NCBI GenBank assembly: GCA_002373935.1
Contig: DFKW01000003.1
Span: forward strand, 10,498-74,497
Direction of reading: 5' to 3'
Source of the DNA: Alphaproteobacteria bacterium UBA3635
Lineage (GTDB): Bacteria; Pseudomonadota; Alphaproteobacteria; Rs-D84
DNA length: 64,000 nucleotides
Made by a program: the position numbers and the translations under genes. The notes under the pieces are model-generated. The model saw only the letters and a program-made list of their open reading frames with translations. It was not told the origin of the DNA and ran no database searches. Positions 37,235 to 46,214 of this stretch are shown here, in pieces (within the stretch, counting starts at the first letter, position 1; each line of letters starts with the position of its first letter).

Positions 37235-38086
37235 TCAGTTCACCCCGACCGTGAAATCGTCACCGTATGTTGCGACATCTTGACCGGCAATTGTGCATTT
37301 CAAACTTTCAAATCCACTTTTTATCTGATTCTTTTTAACAATTTTACTGGTAATAACACCACCGGTGGTTCCCAACACAACACCCGCAATTGAATCAGAT
37401 GCCAAACGCGCGGTATTAAAATTACCATCACTGTTTTTCCAAACATCACTGTAACGCGACACAAAATGTTTATCTAACATTTTATCCAATTCTGAAAAAT
37501 CAAACGCCGATTTTTGTGCCTCATCCCCATCAGTCGATTTAACAAGTTTGTCTTGATCTGGATTCCCCGGCACAATGACTCCATCTGCCACATCGCCATT
37601 TACGGCTTGACCTTGTTCACCTTGTCCGGCACCACCCGTTGACACTTTTGCTGCAGCCGACCGTTCTGTTTTTTTCTGACACCAGCCCCGGGAATTACCA
37701 TTTTTATCACGCGCCAGTTCATAACCATCCTCGCATTCGGTCGCAACACAGCGCAACATGTATTTGCCATCAATAAGTTCAGGCAATTTTATAACACTAT
37801 CAGGCCACTCATCACCACCAGTCATACCTGTATTGTCTTTATATTTCTTATAATATGCATCCGCAACAAACCTTTTACAAACCGCCTTGGTTGAATGATA
37901 ATTATGCGACCACCAATAATCTCTGGCCGAACAATCAGTATTATCATCATCCCAATAACCATCTGTACCAACACAATCCAAAATACCAACTGCATTTGGG
38001 TCATTTTTCATTACATCAGCCGCCCACGAATTTGTTGCGCATACAGCAACCATAATCATCACTGCAATTTTGTTAAATACCGACAT
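37235..38086 (-). CDS. Secreted Cys-containing hypothetical protein (283 aa)
   Basis: The ATG at 38086 follows GAGAGGGA. The signal peptide is MSVFNKIAVMIMVAVCATNSWA. The C-terminal Gly-rich hydrophobic module is shared with the 62716-64000 product. Confidence 0.6.
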   Translation of the reverse strand: MSVFNKIAVMIMVAVCATNSWAADVMKNDPNAVGILDCVGTDGYWDDDNTDCSARDYWWSHNYHSTKAVCKRFVADAYYKKYKDNTGMTGGDEWPDSVIKLPELIDGKYMLRCVATECEDGYELARDKNGNSRGWCQKKTERSAAAKVSTGGAGQGEQGQAVNGDVADGVIVPGNPDQDKLVKSTDGDEAQKSAFDFSELDKMLDKHFVSRYSDVWKNSDGNFNTARLASDSIAGVVLGTTGGVITSKIVKKNQIKSGFESLKCTIAGQDVATYGDDFTVGVN

Positions 38087-38693
38087 TTTATTCCCTCTCA
38101 CTTTTTGTTAATTTTATCACAAATCACGATTTTACACAAATGTTTTATACAAAAAACACGCCATTTTTGGGGCAGGAAAGGGCAAACACACAAAAAAATA
38201 CATCAAAAACCGCCACAAACCCGCAGAAATCCGCCATTTTTTGCAAATTTTACCGGCAAAGCAGGGCGATTTTTGCTTTTTTTGGACTTTTGGCACAAAT
38301 TCGACTATTTTTTATAAACACCAATATTTTACAATAAAACACATCCACATATTGCCGCGGCAAAAATTTCCCACACACATCAAAAAAATTAAAAAAATTC
38401 TAAAAAAATATAAAAATTTTTATTTATAAAATTCACACAACAAAAAATAATTTACACAGCAGCAAACCACGCCAACAACGCAGAATTCCGCCAAAATTAT
38501 GGGGACGGGTCAAACTTTCAAAAATCACAAAACTCGCCCTGCGCCCAGATTTCCGCGAAAAATTTGCAAATTCAAACAATCACAAAGCCACCAACAACCA
38601 CACACAAAAAAAATCACACAAAACACCAATCGATTCTGAGCGCGATAAATATCACAAACCATATAATTGGACGTTCAGGTCGCTGAAAAACCG

Positions 38694-38834
38694 TCAATAA
38701 ACTATATTATATGTTTGACCATTCCAAGTTAAATACCTTATCAGAGACGACAAACCGCCACCAAACAAAAACCAGAACACAAAACAGACAATAAGCAAAA
38801 TAACAAACAATCGCATAGTTGATATTCTTTTCAT
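38694..38834 (-). CDS. Possible 46-aa single-TM peptide (below the ORF-track cutoff)
   Basis: The translation is MKRISTMRLFVILLIVCFVFWFLFGGGLSSLIRYLTWNGQTYNIVY. AAGGA lies 8 nt upstream of the ATG. It is the only ORF with an RBS in the 1.25-kb gap. Confidence 0.3.
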   Translation of the reverse strand: MKRISTMRLFVILLIVCFVFWFLFGGGLSSLIRYLTWNGQTYNIVY

Positions 38835-38894
38835 CAAAAACATCCTTTTTATTAATTATACCACAAACAACAACCCCCATCAACTTTTTAGTCC

Positions 38895-39148
38895 GGTTAT
38901 ATTATGCCAGTCAGCAGGTACCGCAACCAACCGTGTTCGATTATATCCGGTTATATTATGTATAATTTCGTTGGCGTGAACACAAAACTCCTTGCAGTTA
39001 TATTATGTATAGTTTGCCCAAACGAGCATCAGCGAGTATGACAAATTATCTGGTTATATTATATATAGTTTCGTCGGTGTGAGCGTAGCGAATTTGTTGT
39101 TTTATATAAAACACAAAACTCCGTTCGGTTATATTATGTATAGTTTGC
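38895..39148 (+). repeat. Array of five direct ~20-nt half-dif repeats (GGTTATATTATGTATAGTTT)
   Basis: Copies start at 38895, 38949, 38997, 39052 and 39127. The units alternate between two sequence types (38949/39052 and 38997/39127). Each contains TTATGTATAGT, which is the putative XerD arm of the full site at 39176-39203, in the opposite orientation. Confidence 0.85.
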
Positions 39149-39175
39149 CCAAACGAGCATTAGCGAGTGTAGCAA

Positions 39176-39203
39176 ACTATACATAATATACATTATGCGC
39201 CTT
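39176..39203 (-). other. dif: Candidate dif site (XerC/XerD chromosome dimer resolution site)
   Basis: The minus strand reads AAGGCGCATAA-TGTATA-TTATGTATAGT. E. coli dif is GGTGCGCATAA-TGTATA-TTATGTTAAAT. That gives 8/11, 6/6 and 8/11 matches. Confidence 0.7.
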
Positions 39204-39350
39204 TTGTAAATCCAAATTACGCCACTATATTTATGACGACAACTTTATGACGGCAACCGCTCCCCCGGTTGCCCGTCACCCTATCACAAAAACACAAAAA
39301 AATCGCACGGCAAAAACGCCGCGCGACATAAAATATTTTCACTGCAAAAA

Positions 39351-39854
39351 TTATTTTTTAATTTTTGCAACTTTTTTAATCTTGCTGACGCCAACGCCCG
39401 CCAACTTGGTCAGATTTTTAACACCCTTTTCCAAATCACTCTCTTCCCCCGCGACATTTTCCACAGGTTTCACCGCAGAACAGCAATATGGGCATTTTGT
39501 TGCCGCATTACTGATTGTCGATTGGCAATACGGACACGCATGTGTCGTGACGGGCTGTTTTGATTTGGCCTTGGCCGCGATACGCACAACCAAGAACACC
39601 GCAAACATCGTAATCAAGAAACTGATAATCGAATTCAAAAATGCGCCAATACCAATCGCCGAATCCGCCCCCAGAACGATTTTCCAATCCGAAAAATCAA
39701 TTCCACCAATCAACAACCCAATCGGCGGCATCATAACATCTTTGACCAACGAATTGACAACCGCAGTCATCACCGACCCAACGATGATACCGACCGCCAT
39801 ATCAATCGCATTACCACGATTTATAAACGACTTAAAGTCCTTGATCATACCCAT
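39351..39854 (-). CDS. mscL: Large-conductance mechanosensitive channel with C-terminal CPYC..CPYC extension
   Basis: The N-terminus (IKDFKSFINRGNAIDMAVGIIVGSVMTAVVNSLVKDVMMPPIG) is canonical MscL. The protein is 167 aa because of the extra tail. Confidence 0.9.
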   Translation of the reverse strand: MGMIKDFKSFINRGNAIDMAVGIIVGSVMTAVVNSLVKDVMMPPIGLLIGGIDFSDWKIVLGADSAIGIGAFLNSIISFLITMFAVFLVVRIAAKAKSKQPVTTHACPYCQSTISNAATKCPYCCSAVKPVENVAGEESDLEKGVKNLTKLAGVGVSKIKKVAKIKK

Positions 39855-39857
39855 TTT

Positions 39858-40445
39858 TTACTCCTTTTTTGTTTTGTTTTGTTTATTTTCGCGCACCGCC
39901 GCCTTTTGATATTGCGCGACCGCACGCAGAACCGCATTTAATGTTTTACGCAAACTTTCGTCATGCGTTTCGACCATAATATTTGCCATCGCGTATGTAT
40001 CATACCGTTCTTTTATCAGTTGCGATAAAATCACCCTGCTGTCGTTATTTAACAACTGGGGGCGTGTATTTCTGTGATTTGTGCGTTTAACCAACAAATC
40101 CAAATCCGCCTTGAGCCAAATACTGATTGCATTTTTCAGCACCATATCGCGCACCGCCGGTGTAATAAACGCGCCCTCGCCCGTGGAAATCACCTTTATC
40201 CGGGGCTTTGCATCCAACAACCGTTCAATCACAGATGTTTCCGCACGACGAAATTCTTGTTCACCATACATTGAAAAAATATCAACCACGGACGCACCGG
40301 CGGCGGCCTCAATCTCGGAATCAGAATCAACAAAATCAACACCCAACGCGCGCGCCAACGCACGCCCAACGGACGTTTTGCCCGCCCCCATCAAACCAAC
40401 CATAACAATTGGTTTATCTAAAATAATTTTCGGTGTCCGTACCAT
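39858..40445 (-). CDS. aroK: Shikimate kinase
   Basis: P-loop VGLMGAGKTSVGRALA plus a FVDSDSEIE motif. 195 aa. Confidence 0.87.
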   Translation of the reverse strand: MVRTPKIILDKPIVMVGLMGAGKTSVGRALARALGVDFVDSDSEIEAAAGASVVDIFSMYGEQEFRRAETSVIERLLDAKPRIKVISTGEGAFITPAVRDMVLKNAISIWLKADLDLLVKRTNHRNTRPQLLNNDSRVILSQLIKERYDTYAMANIMVETHDESLRKTLNAVLRAVAQYQKAAVRENKQNKTKKE

Positions 40446-40486
40446 GAATCAAATCATATCATAATTTGAAAATTACCACAATAAAA

Positions 40487-41551
40487 TTATTCCATCGCCG
40501 CCAAACGTTCTAATTGATCGGCACTGATTAATGCATCAATCATTTCATCCAACGCCGCACCCCCAGCCAAAATATCATCCAGTTTGTATAATGTCAGTTT
40601 TATCCTGTGGTCGGTAACCCTTTGTTCAGGAAAATTATATGTTCTGATTTTCTCGCTGCGGTCACCCGACCCAACCATAGACCGTCTTGAAGAATTACTG
40701 GCATTTTGTTGCTCAAGTCGTTGTTTTTCGTATAATTTTGACCGTAACACCGCCATCGCCGATGCCTTGTTTTGAAACTGACTGCGTTCATTTTGACATG
40801 TCACAACAATACCGGATGGAAAGTGCGTTATACGAATTGCACTGTCGGTTTTATTCACATGCTGACCCCCGGCACCAGACGCACGAAACACATCGATACG
40901 AATATCCTTATCTTCGATAACAACATCGATTTCTTTGGCCTCGGGCATAACGGCAACCGATGCCGCAGACGTATGAATCCGTCCCCCTGCCTCGGTCTCG
41001 GGCACACGCTGAACACGATGAATCCCCGATTCAAATTTCATACGCGCATACGCCCCAACCCCATCAATTTTGAACACAATTTCTTTATATCCATGTAATG
41101 ATGTTGGGTTTTCTTCGATGACTTCTACCTTCCATCCCTTGCGCAAGGCATAAGATTTATATTGGTTATACAAATCGCCCGCAAACAACGCAGATTCTTC
41201 GCCACCCACACCCGCGCGAATTTCCATAATTACACTGTTATCATCCGCCGCATCGCGTGGCAACAGTGCAATTTGCAATTTGCGTTCAACGTCCGGCAGC
41301 CGATGATTTAACTCAACCAACTGTTCGGTTGCAATATCACGCAACTCGGCATCATTTTGCATCTCTTTCGCGTCCGCGATACCCTGGACCGTTTGAAAAT
41401 ATTCATCTATTAAAGGCAACAATTCATTTAACCTGGAATATTCACGCGCCAACTTTGACAATTCATCGCCCGTAACCGTCCCAGAATTCATTTGTTCTGC
41501 AATTTCGGCGGCCCTGCGTTGAATATCGCGTAATTTACTTTCAATAATCAT
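40487..41551 (-). CDS. prfA: Peptide chain release factor 1
   Basis: 354 aa. The GGQ motif is SGAGGQHVNKTDSAIRITH. The RF1-type tripeptide region is QRVPETE (P-x-T). Confidence 0.92.
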   Translation of the reverse strand: MIIESKLRDIQRRAAEIAEQMNSGTVTGDELSKLAREYSRLNELLPLIDEYFQTVQGIADAKEMQNDAELRDIATEQLVELNHRLPDVERKLQIALLPRDAADDNSVIMEIRAGVGGEESALFAGDLYNQYKSYALRKGWKVEVIEENPTSLHGYKEIVFKIDGVGAYARMKFESGIHRVQRVPETEAGGRIHTSAASVAVMPEAKEIDVVIEDKDIRIDVFRASGAGGQHVNKTDSAIRITHFPSGIVVTCQNERSQFQNKASAMAVLRSKLYEKQRLEQQNASNSSRRSMVGSGDRSEKIRTYNFPEQRVTDHRIKLTLYKLDDILAGGAALDEMIDALISADQLERLAAME

Positions 41552-41554
41552 AAC

Positions 41555-42847
41555 TTATGCCGCCTTTATCTGTTTTATTGCATCCAAAATCGTCAAAGTT
41601 TCCTGGTTTCCGGATGCCATATTTTTCAATGCGACAACTTGATTTTTTGATTCATCATCACCAATTATTATACTGAATTTAGCACGAATTTTATCGGCGT
41701 ATTCAATTTGATTTTTGAATTTTTTATCCGTGTCCAGATACGATACCGTCGCGATGTTTTCATCCCTCAACGCACGCACCACGCGCGACGCATAACCAAC
41801 ATTGTTATTACCCATAACCAGCACCGCCACATCGATTGGGGTTTCAAATTTCGATACATCTATTTGCCCAGATTCCATTAATGCGACCAACAAACGCGAA
41901 ACACCGATTGATGCCCCAACACCAACTATCTTGGTCTTGGAAAATTTGGATGCCAAATTTTCATAACGACCGCCACCACCCACGGCCGGCAAGTCCGGAT
42001 GATCGACACTGAAAAATTCAAACACAATACCCGTATAATACGAATGCCCACGCATAATAGAAACATCAATTTCGGCATTTTTTATACCCATATCAGACAA
42101 CAAATTCATAAAATTATCCATTTCACATATCGCATCGTCTAACTTGTCAGTTTTGTTTAAAAATGACCGATAACCATTTGTGAACACAGAATTTATTTCA
42201 TTTGCCACATTTGTCCCAACCGTTTCTTCCATTGCGCCAACAAAGTCATTTAACTTGTCTTTTTTATCTATTAACACAAACGCTTCGCGTGATTGTTTTT
42301 CATCCAATTCAAGATATTCAAACATAGCATTCCAAAAACGCCTGTTGCCAACTTTGACCTTTACACGTCCAACAATATCAGAAATAGATTCATACATACG
42401 CGACATAGTGGCAACGATTTCCGCATCGTAATTTACAGATAATGTTTGAACACCTAATATATCAACATCCAATTGATAAAACTCACGATACCGACCACGC
42501 TGTGGACGTTCACCACGATAATTTCTGGCAAACTGGTAAACATGGAACGGAAAAGTCAATTCATTCAGATGCCCCGCAACAAAACGCGACAAACCAACAG
42601 TTCCGTCATAACGCAACCCCATTTTTGTATCGCCCTTTTGGAACAAGAACATCTGGGTTTCAATTTCGTCCCAGTTATCTTTATCGGTCAAAACCTCGGC
42701 CCGTTCAATTGCAGGCAAATCCAAACGCGCATATCCAGAAACGCGTAACACATCGCGCATACGCGAAATACATTCATCAAATAATCTTTGTTGCGCCGGC
42801 AACAGTTCTATAAATCCTGACAATGGTTTTGTTGGTTTCAAATCCAT
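41555..42847 (-). CDS. hisS: Histidyl-tRNA synthetase
   Basis: 430 aa, class II. Motif 2 is YQFARNYRGERPQRGRYREFYQLDVD and motif 3 is GGGGRYENL. Confidence 0.88.
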   Translation of the reverse strand: MDLKPTKPLSGFIELLPAQQRLFDECISRMRDVLRVSGYARLDLPAIERAEVLTDKDNWDEIETQMFLFQKGDTKMGLRYDGTVGLSRFVAGHLNELTFPFHVYQFARNYRGERPQRGRYREFYQLDVDILGVQTLSVNYDAEIVATMSRMYESISDIVGRVKVKVGNRRFWNAMFEYLELDEKQSREAFVLIDKKDKLNDFVGAMEETVGTNVANEINSVFTNGYRSFLNKTDKLDDAICEMDNFMNLLSDMGIKNAEIDVSIMRGHSYYTGIVFEFFSVDHPDLPAVGGGGRYENLASKFSKTKIVGVGASIGVSRLLVALMESGQIDVSKFETPIDVAVLVMGNNNVGYASRVVRALRDENIATVSYLDTDKKFKNQIEYADKIRAKFSIIIGDDESKNQVVALKNMASGNQETLTILDAIKQIKAA

Positions 42848-43059
42848 AATAAAATTCCTTTGGTTAAAAAATTAAAACAAACACAGAACGATAAAATATT
42901 TAATACAACGCTAATAACACACACCCGCACGGGCGTGATGCAAAACATGATTAAAAGTCGCATTTTGAAATCTCATACCCTAACCATACCAACAACACAC
43001 AGAAATTTCAACAAAAAATAACACCACTAAAACCAGTGGTGTTATTCGCAACTACGAAA

Positions 43060-43668
43060 CTATCTACATTTGCCCCACACTCTTTCGCAAAATTTTATAT
43101 GTTTAATTCTCCAATCTGTCATTTCTTGAATACTTTCCTTGAATTCTGCAAAAGAAGCAAATACCTTTTCATTAACAAAACAGAACGATTCCAAAGATTT
43201 GTTATCATAATACAAATCCTCTAAATACGCTACAGCAACTTTGTGTTCCTTGCAGTTTAAAAAACACAAAAGGAAATAATTCGTGGTCAGTCGAAGCAGA
43301 ATAGCTGAATCAAATTTCCCTGTATTACCCTTAGTATCCACTGGGGTAAAAAAGCTGTTTTTCAACATTTCTCTTGACTTACAAAAACCAGTTTTCTGTA
43401 CCATACCAATTACTTTACATTCAAATCCCTTGGACGGTTTTTTTGGGGTACCGCTGATTTCTACATAAGGTTTTTTTACAATTTTACCACCCAGAACATT
43501 ATAAACCCTGACCTTTTTATCTGCGATTTGTGGTTCAGCAACAAGTGTATTGGAAATATAATAGGAATTATCCGTCGGGAGTTGCACAGAATTATTCATC
43601 TTTCTTACCTTTATGTATATAACTCTCGGCTCCCTATCACGTGTATTATATTTGCATATATATTTCAA
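43060..43668 (-). CDS. Hypothetical protein in a CpG-poor, low-GC gene (202 aa; alternative start 43599 gives 180 aa)
   Basis: The ORF has clearly different composition from both flanks and no recognisable motif. The 43668 start lies 8 nt after the upstream stop. Confidence 0.5.
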   Translation of the reverse strand: MKYICKYNTRDREPRVIYIKVRKMNNSVQLPTDNSYYISNTLVAEPQIADKKVRVYNVLGGKIVKKPYVEISGTPKKPSKGFECKVIGMVQKTGFCKSREMLKNSFFTPVDTKGNTGKFDSAILLRLTTNYFLLCFLNCKEHKVAVAYLEDLYYDNKSLESFCFVNEKVFASFAEFKESIQEMTDWRIKHIKFCERVWGKCR

Positions 43669-43675
43669 AAATCAA

Positions 43676-44383
43676 CTAAAAATACCGGTGCAGCGATGTT
43701 CCATTTTGATTCAGCCACCGTTTTGCCCGCTCCACACCAAAACCATATAACTCTGAAACCTGGTGCCAAAATTCCGGCGAATGATCCATATACTTTTTAT
43801 GTGCCAATTCATGCATCACAACATATCGCATTACATCCCGCGGTGCAAAAGCCAACCTCCATGAAAAAGACATTGTTCCCGTCGATGAACACGACCCCCA
43901 ACGTGTTGTTGTATCCCGCAAAGCAATACGCGCCGGCCAAAATTCCCGTGGTGTTGTGCGAATAATATTTTTTACTTCTTTTAAAAATTCATCCTTGATA
44001 ACATCACGCACGCGCCGTGCGAATACATCCGCGCCGCCCCCGACATACAGTGTCCACGTTCCGTCATTATTTTTCACCAAATCATTAGACACCAAATCCG
44101 GCACACGCACCAAATTCACATTTCGCCCCAAAAATTCGATTTTTTCGCAATTACTAACATCCGTTTTTTTTGGCGCCTTGGCAAAGACACTTTCAACCCA
44201 CTTGCGCTTGGTTTCCAAAAAATGTAACGCACGAATATCGGCAACCAAAGTGGGCTTGGAAATATGGATTTCTTGTTTTCCAACGACATGAGGCCGAATA
44301 ACGATATTACGCGCCCCGCGCCGCGACTCAATCACGACAGGAATTTTTTGTCCCGACCAACTTTCAAAAATATATTCAGACAT
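43676..44383 (-). CDS. YgjP-like metal-dependent hydrolase (DUF45 / M48-like, HExxH)
   Basis: 235 aa. The C-terminal motif (MRYVVMHELAHKKYMDHSPEFW) is typical of DUF45 proteins. Confidence 0.78.
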   Translation of the reverse strand: MSEYIFESWSGQKIPVVIESRRGARNIVIRPHVVGKQEIHISKPTLVADIRALHFLETKRKWVESVFAKAPKKTDVSNCEKIEFLGRNVNLVRVPDLVSNDLVKNNDGTWTLYVGGGADVFARRVRDVIKDEFLKEVKNIIRTTPREFWPARIALRDTTTRWGSCSSTGTMSFSWRLAFAPRDVMRYVVMHELAHKKYMDHSPEFWHQVSELYGFGVERAKRWLNQNGTSLHRYF

Positions 44384-44393
44384 CGATACAAAA

Positions 44394-46178
44394 TTATTTC
44401 ATCTTTTTGCAAATGTCAACTGCAATTGCATCGGCATCCATACCCAACGCGTGATACACTGCCGCACCATCGCCCGACATACCGAACCGGTCAATGCCAC
44501 AAACTGCATCGGCAAATTCGAACCACGCGGCCGTTGCGCCGGCCTCTATCGCGACGACATAGCCGCGCAGCAAATCGCGTTGAAACCGCATTGGCGATTT
44601 ACGGAACAATTCCACACATGGCATCGACACCACACGCACAGATGCCCCAATTTTATCCGCCACCGCAATCGCCAACGGCACATCCGCCCCCGTTGCAATA
44701 ATCGTCAAACGCACGCGCCGGGCGGTGGCATCCCGAATAATATACGCGCCATGCGTCAAATCGGCATGTGCCGGGGTTGGAATCTGTAAAAACTTTTGAC
44801 GCGATAAAATAATTGCGCTGGGGCGGGCAATATCATTTAACGCCGTTTGCCATGCCCAGGCAACCTCGCGCGCATTACATGGGCGCAGCACATTTATATT
44901 CGGCATTAAACGCAAAGACGCCAACTGTTCAATTGGTTGATGTGTGGGGCCATCCTGGCCGACGGCGACACTGTCATGACTGAATAAATAAATCACCGGC
45001 ATCCCCGACAATGCCGCAATCCGTATTGCCGGCCGCATATAGTCAGAAAACACCAAAAAAGTCGAACCATACGCACGCACACCTCCCGCGACCAACCCGT
45101 TCATAATCGCCGCCATGGCATGTTCGCGCACACCATAATTTATATAGTTCCCATTAAAATCACCCGGCACAATATCATGCGAATTTTGAACCTTTGCGCC
45201 GGTATTTTTTCCTAAATCCGCACTGCCCCCGACTAAATTTGCACCCGCACCAATCAATAAATTCAAATATTTCGCCGACAATTCACGAGTTGCGACATCG
45301 GTATCCGACACATCAAATTTTGGATTTGGCACAATAGTATATGATTTTTCAATTTTCTTTTTAACCGTGCCGGCCGCAACCTGGGCCCAGGCGGCCTCGC
45401 CCCGCCCCGACACACATTGCCGCATCAGTTTTAACAATTCGTCGTCATTTAATGCCAAACCATGCGCCGCCGCATCGCCCGCCAAACGTGTTCCCATACC
45501 AATCACAGATTTCACCTGGATAAATACGGGGTTTCGGGACCGTTTTGCATCAACCAACGCACGATTTAATCTATCGAAATCATCCCCTGCAATATCGTTC
45601 ACCACGCGCCATCCACACGCACGCACAACACCCGGCACATCAACCGGCGTTTGCGCCACACCATCAATTGTAATCCCATTGTCATCCCATAATAACACCA
45701 GGTTTTCCAACCCCATCCGTCCGGCAAAAGCAATCGCCTCATACGCGATGCCCTCGCTTAAATCACCATCAGAACACAAACAATAAACCCGCGCGCCCGT
45801 GCCGCGAATTTTTGCTGCCAACGCCAAACCAACGGCATTTGCCACCCCCTGGCCCAGGGGCCCCGTTGTTGCATCAACCCCGGGAATGCCAATTTCCGGA
45901 TGTCCCGGCAACCCGCCAATTTTACGAAAAGAATCCAAATCCCCAATTTCATACCCCGCCAATTTTAATACCGCATACAGCATCGCCGACCCATGCCCCG
46001 CCGACAGAACGAACCGGTCAACACCCGGGCGCAAAAAATTTGCAAACACGGTGGTAATAACGCCCGACGCACCCATCACAATACCGACATGCCCACTGTG
46101 CGCCGCGTGTATCGCATACAACGCATTTGCGCGCACGGCATTTGACATATCTGTTAAATCTCTCGCATTAAACCTCAT
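44394..46178 (-). CDS. tkt: Transketolase
   Basis: 594 aa. Motifs are SGHVG...DRFVLSAGHGSAMLYAVLKLAGY, GPLGQGVANAVGLALA and the ThDP-binding CSDGDLSEGIAYEA. Confidence 0.9.
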   Translation of the reverse strand: MRFNARDLTDMSNAVRANALYAIHAAHSGHVGIVMGASGVITTVFANFLRPGVDRFVLSAGHGSAMLYAVLKLAGYEIGDLDSFRKIGGLPGHPEIGIPGVDATTGPLGQGVANAVGLALAAKIRGTGARVYCLCSDGDLSEGIAYEAIAFAGRMGLENLVLLWDDNGITIDGVAQTPVDVPGVVRACGWRVVNDIAGDDFDRLNRALVDAKRSRNPVFIQVKSVIGMGTRLAGDAAAHGLALNDDELLKLMRQCVSGRGEAAWAQVAAGTVKKKIEKSYTIVPNPKFDVSDTDVATRELSAKYLNLLIGAGANLVGGSADLGKNTGAKVQNSHDIVPGDFNGNYINYGVREHAMAAIMNGLVAGGVRAYGSTFLVFSDYMRPAIRIAALSGMPVIYLFSHDSVAVGQDGPTHQPIEQLASLRLMPNINVLRPCNAREVAWAWQTALNDIARPSAIILSRQKFLQIPTPAHADLTHGAYIIRDATARRVRLTIIATGADVPLAIAVADKIGASVRVVSMPCVELFRKSPMRFQRDLLRGYVVAIEAGATAAWFEFADAVCGIDRFGMSGDGAAVYHALGMDADAIAVDICKKMK

Positions 46179-46214
46179 AATGTGATATTATAACATAAAA
46201 CCAAGGATAATAAA

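Noticed and set aside
38895-39190. Possible small CRISPR array (regularly spaced ~20-nt repeats).
   Set aside because: The repeat is only ~20 nt and the periods are irregular (48-75 bp). The 'spacers' are pairwise homologous, and no cas genes or leader are nearby. The repeat equals one arm of the adjacent dif-like site, which explains it better.
39247-39909. 220-aa plus-strand ORF.
   Set aside because: It is entirely antisense to the unmistakable mscL gene, with no RBS.
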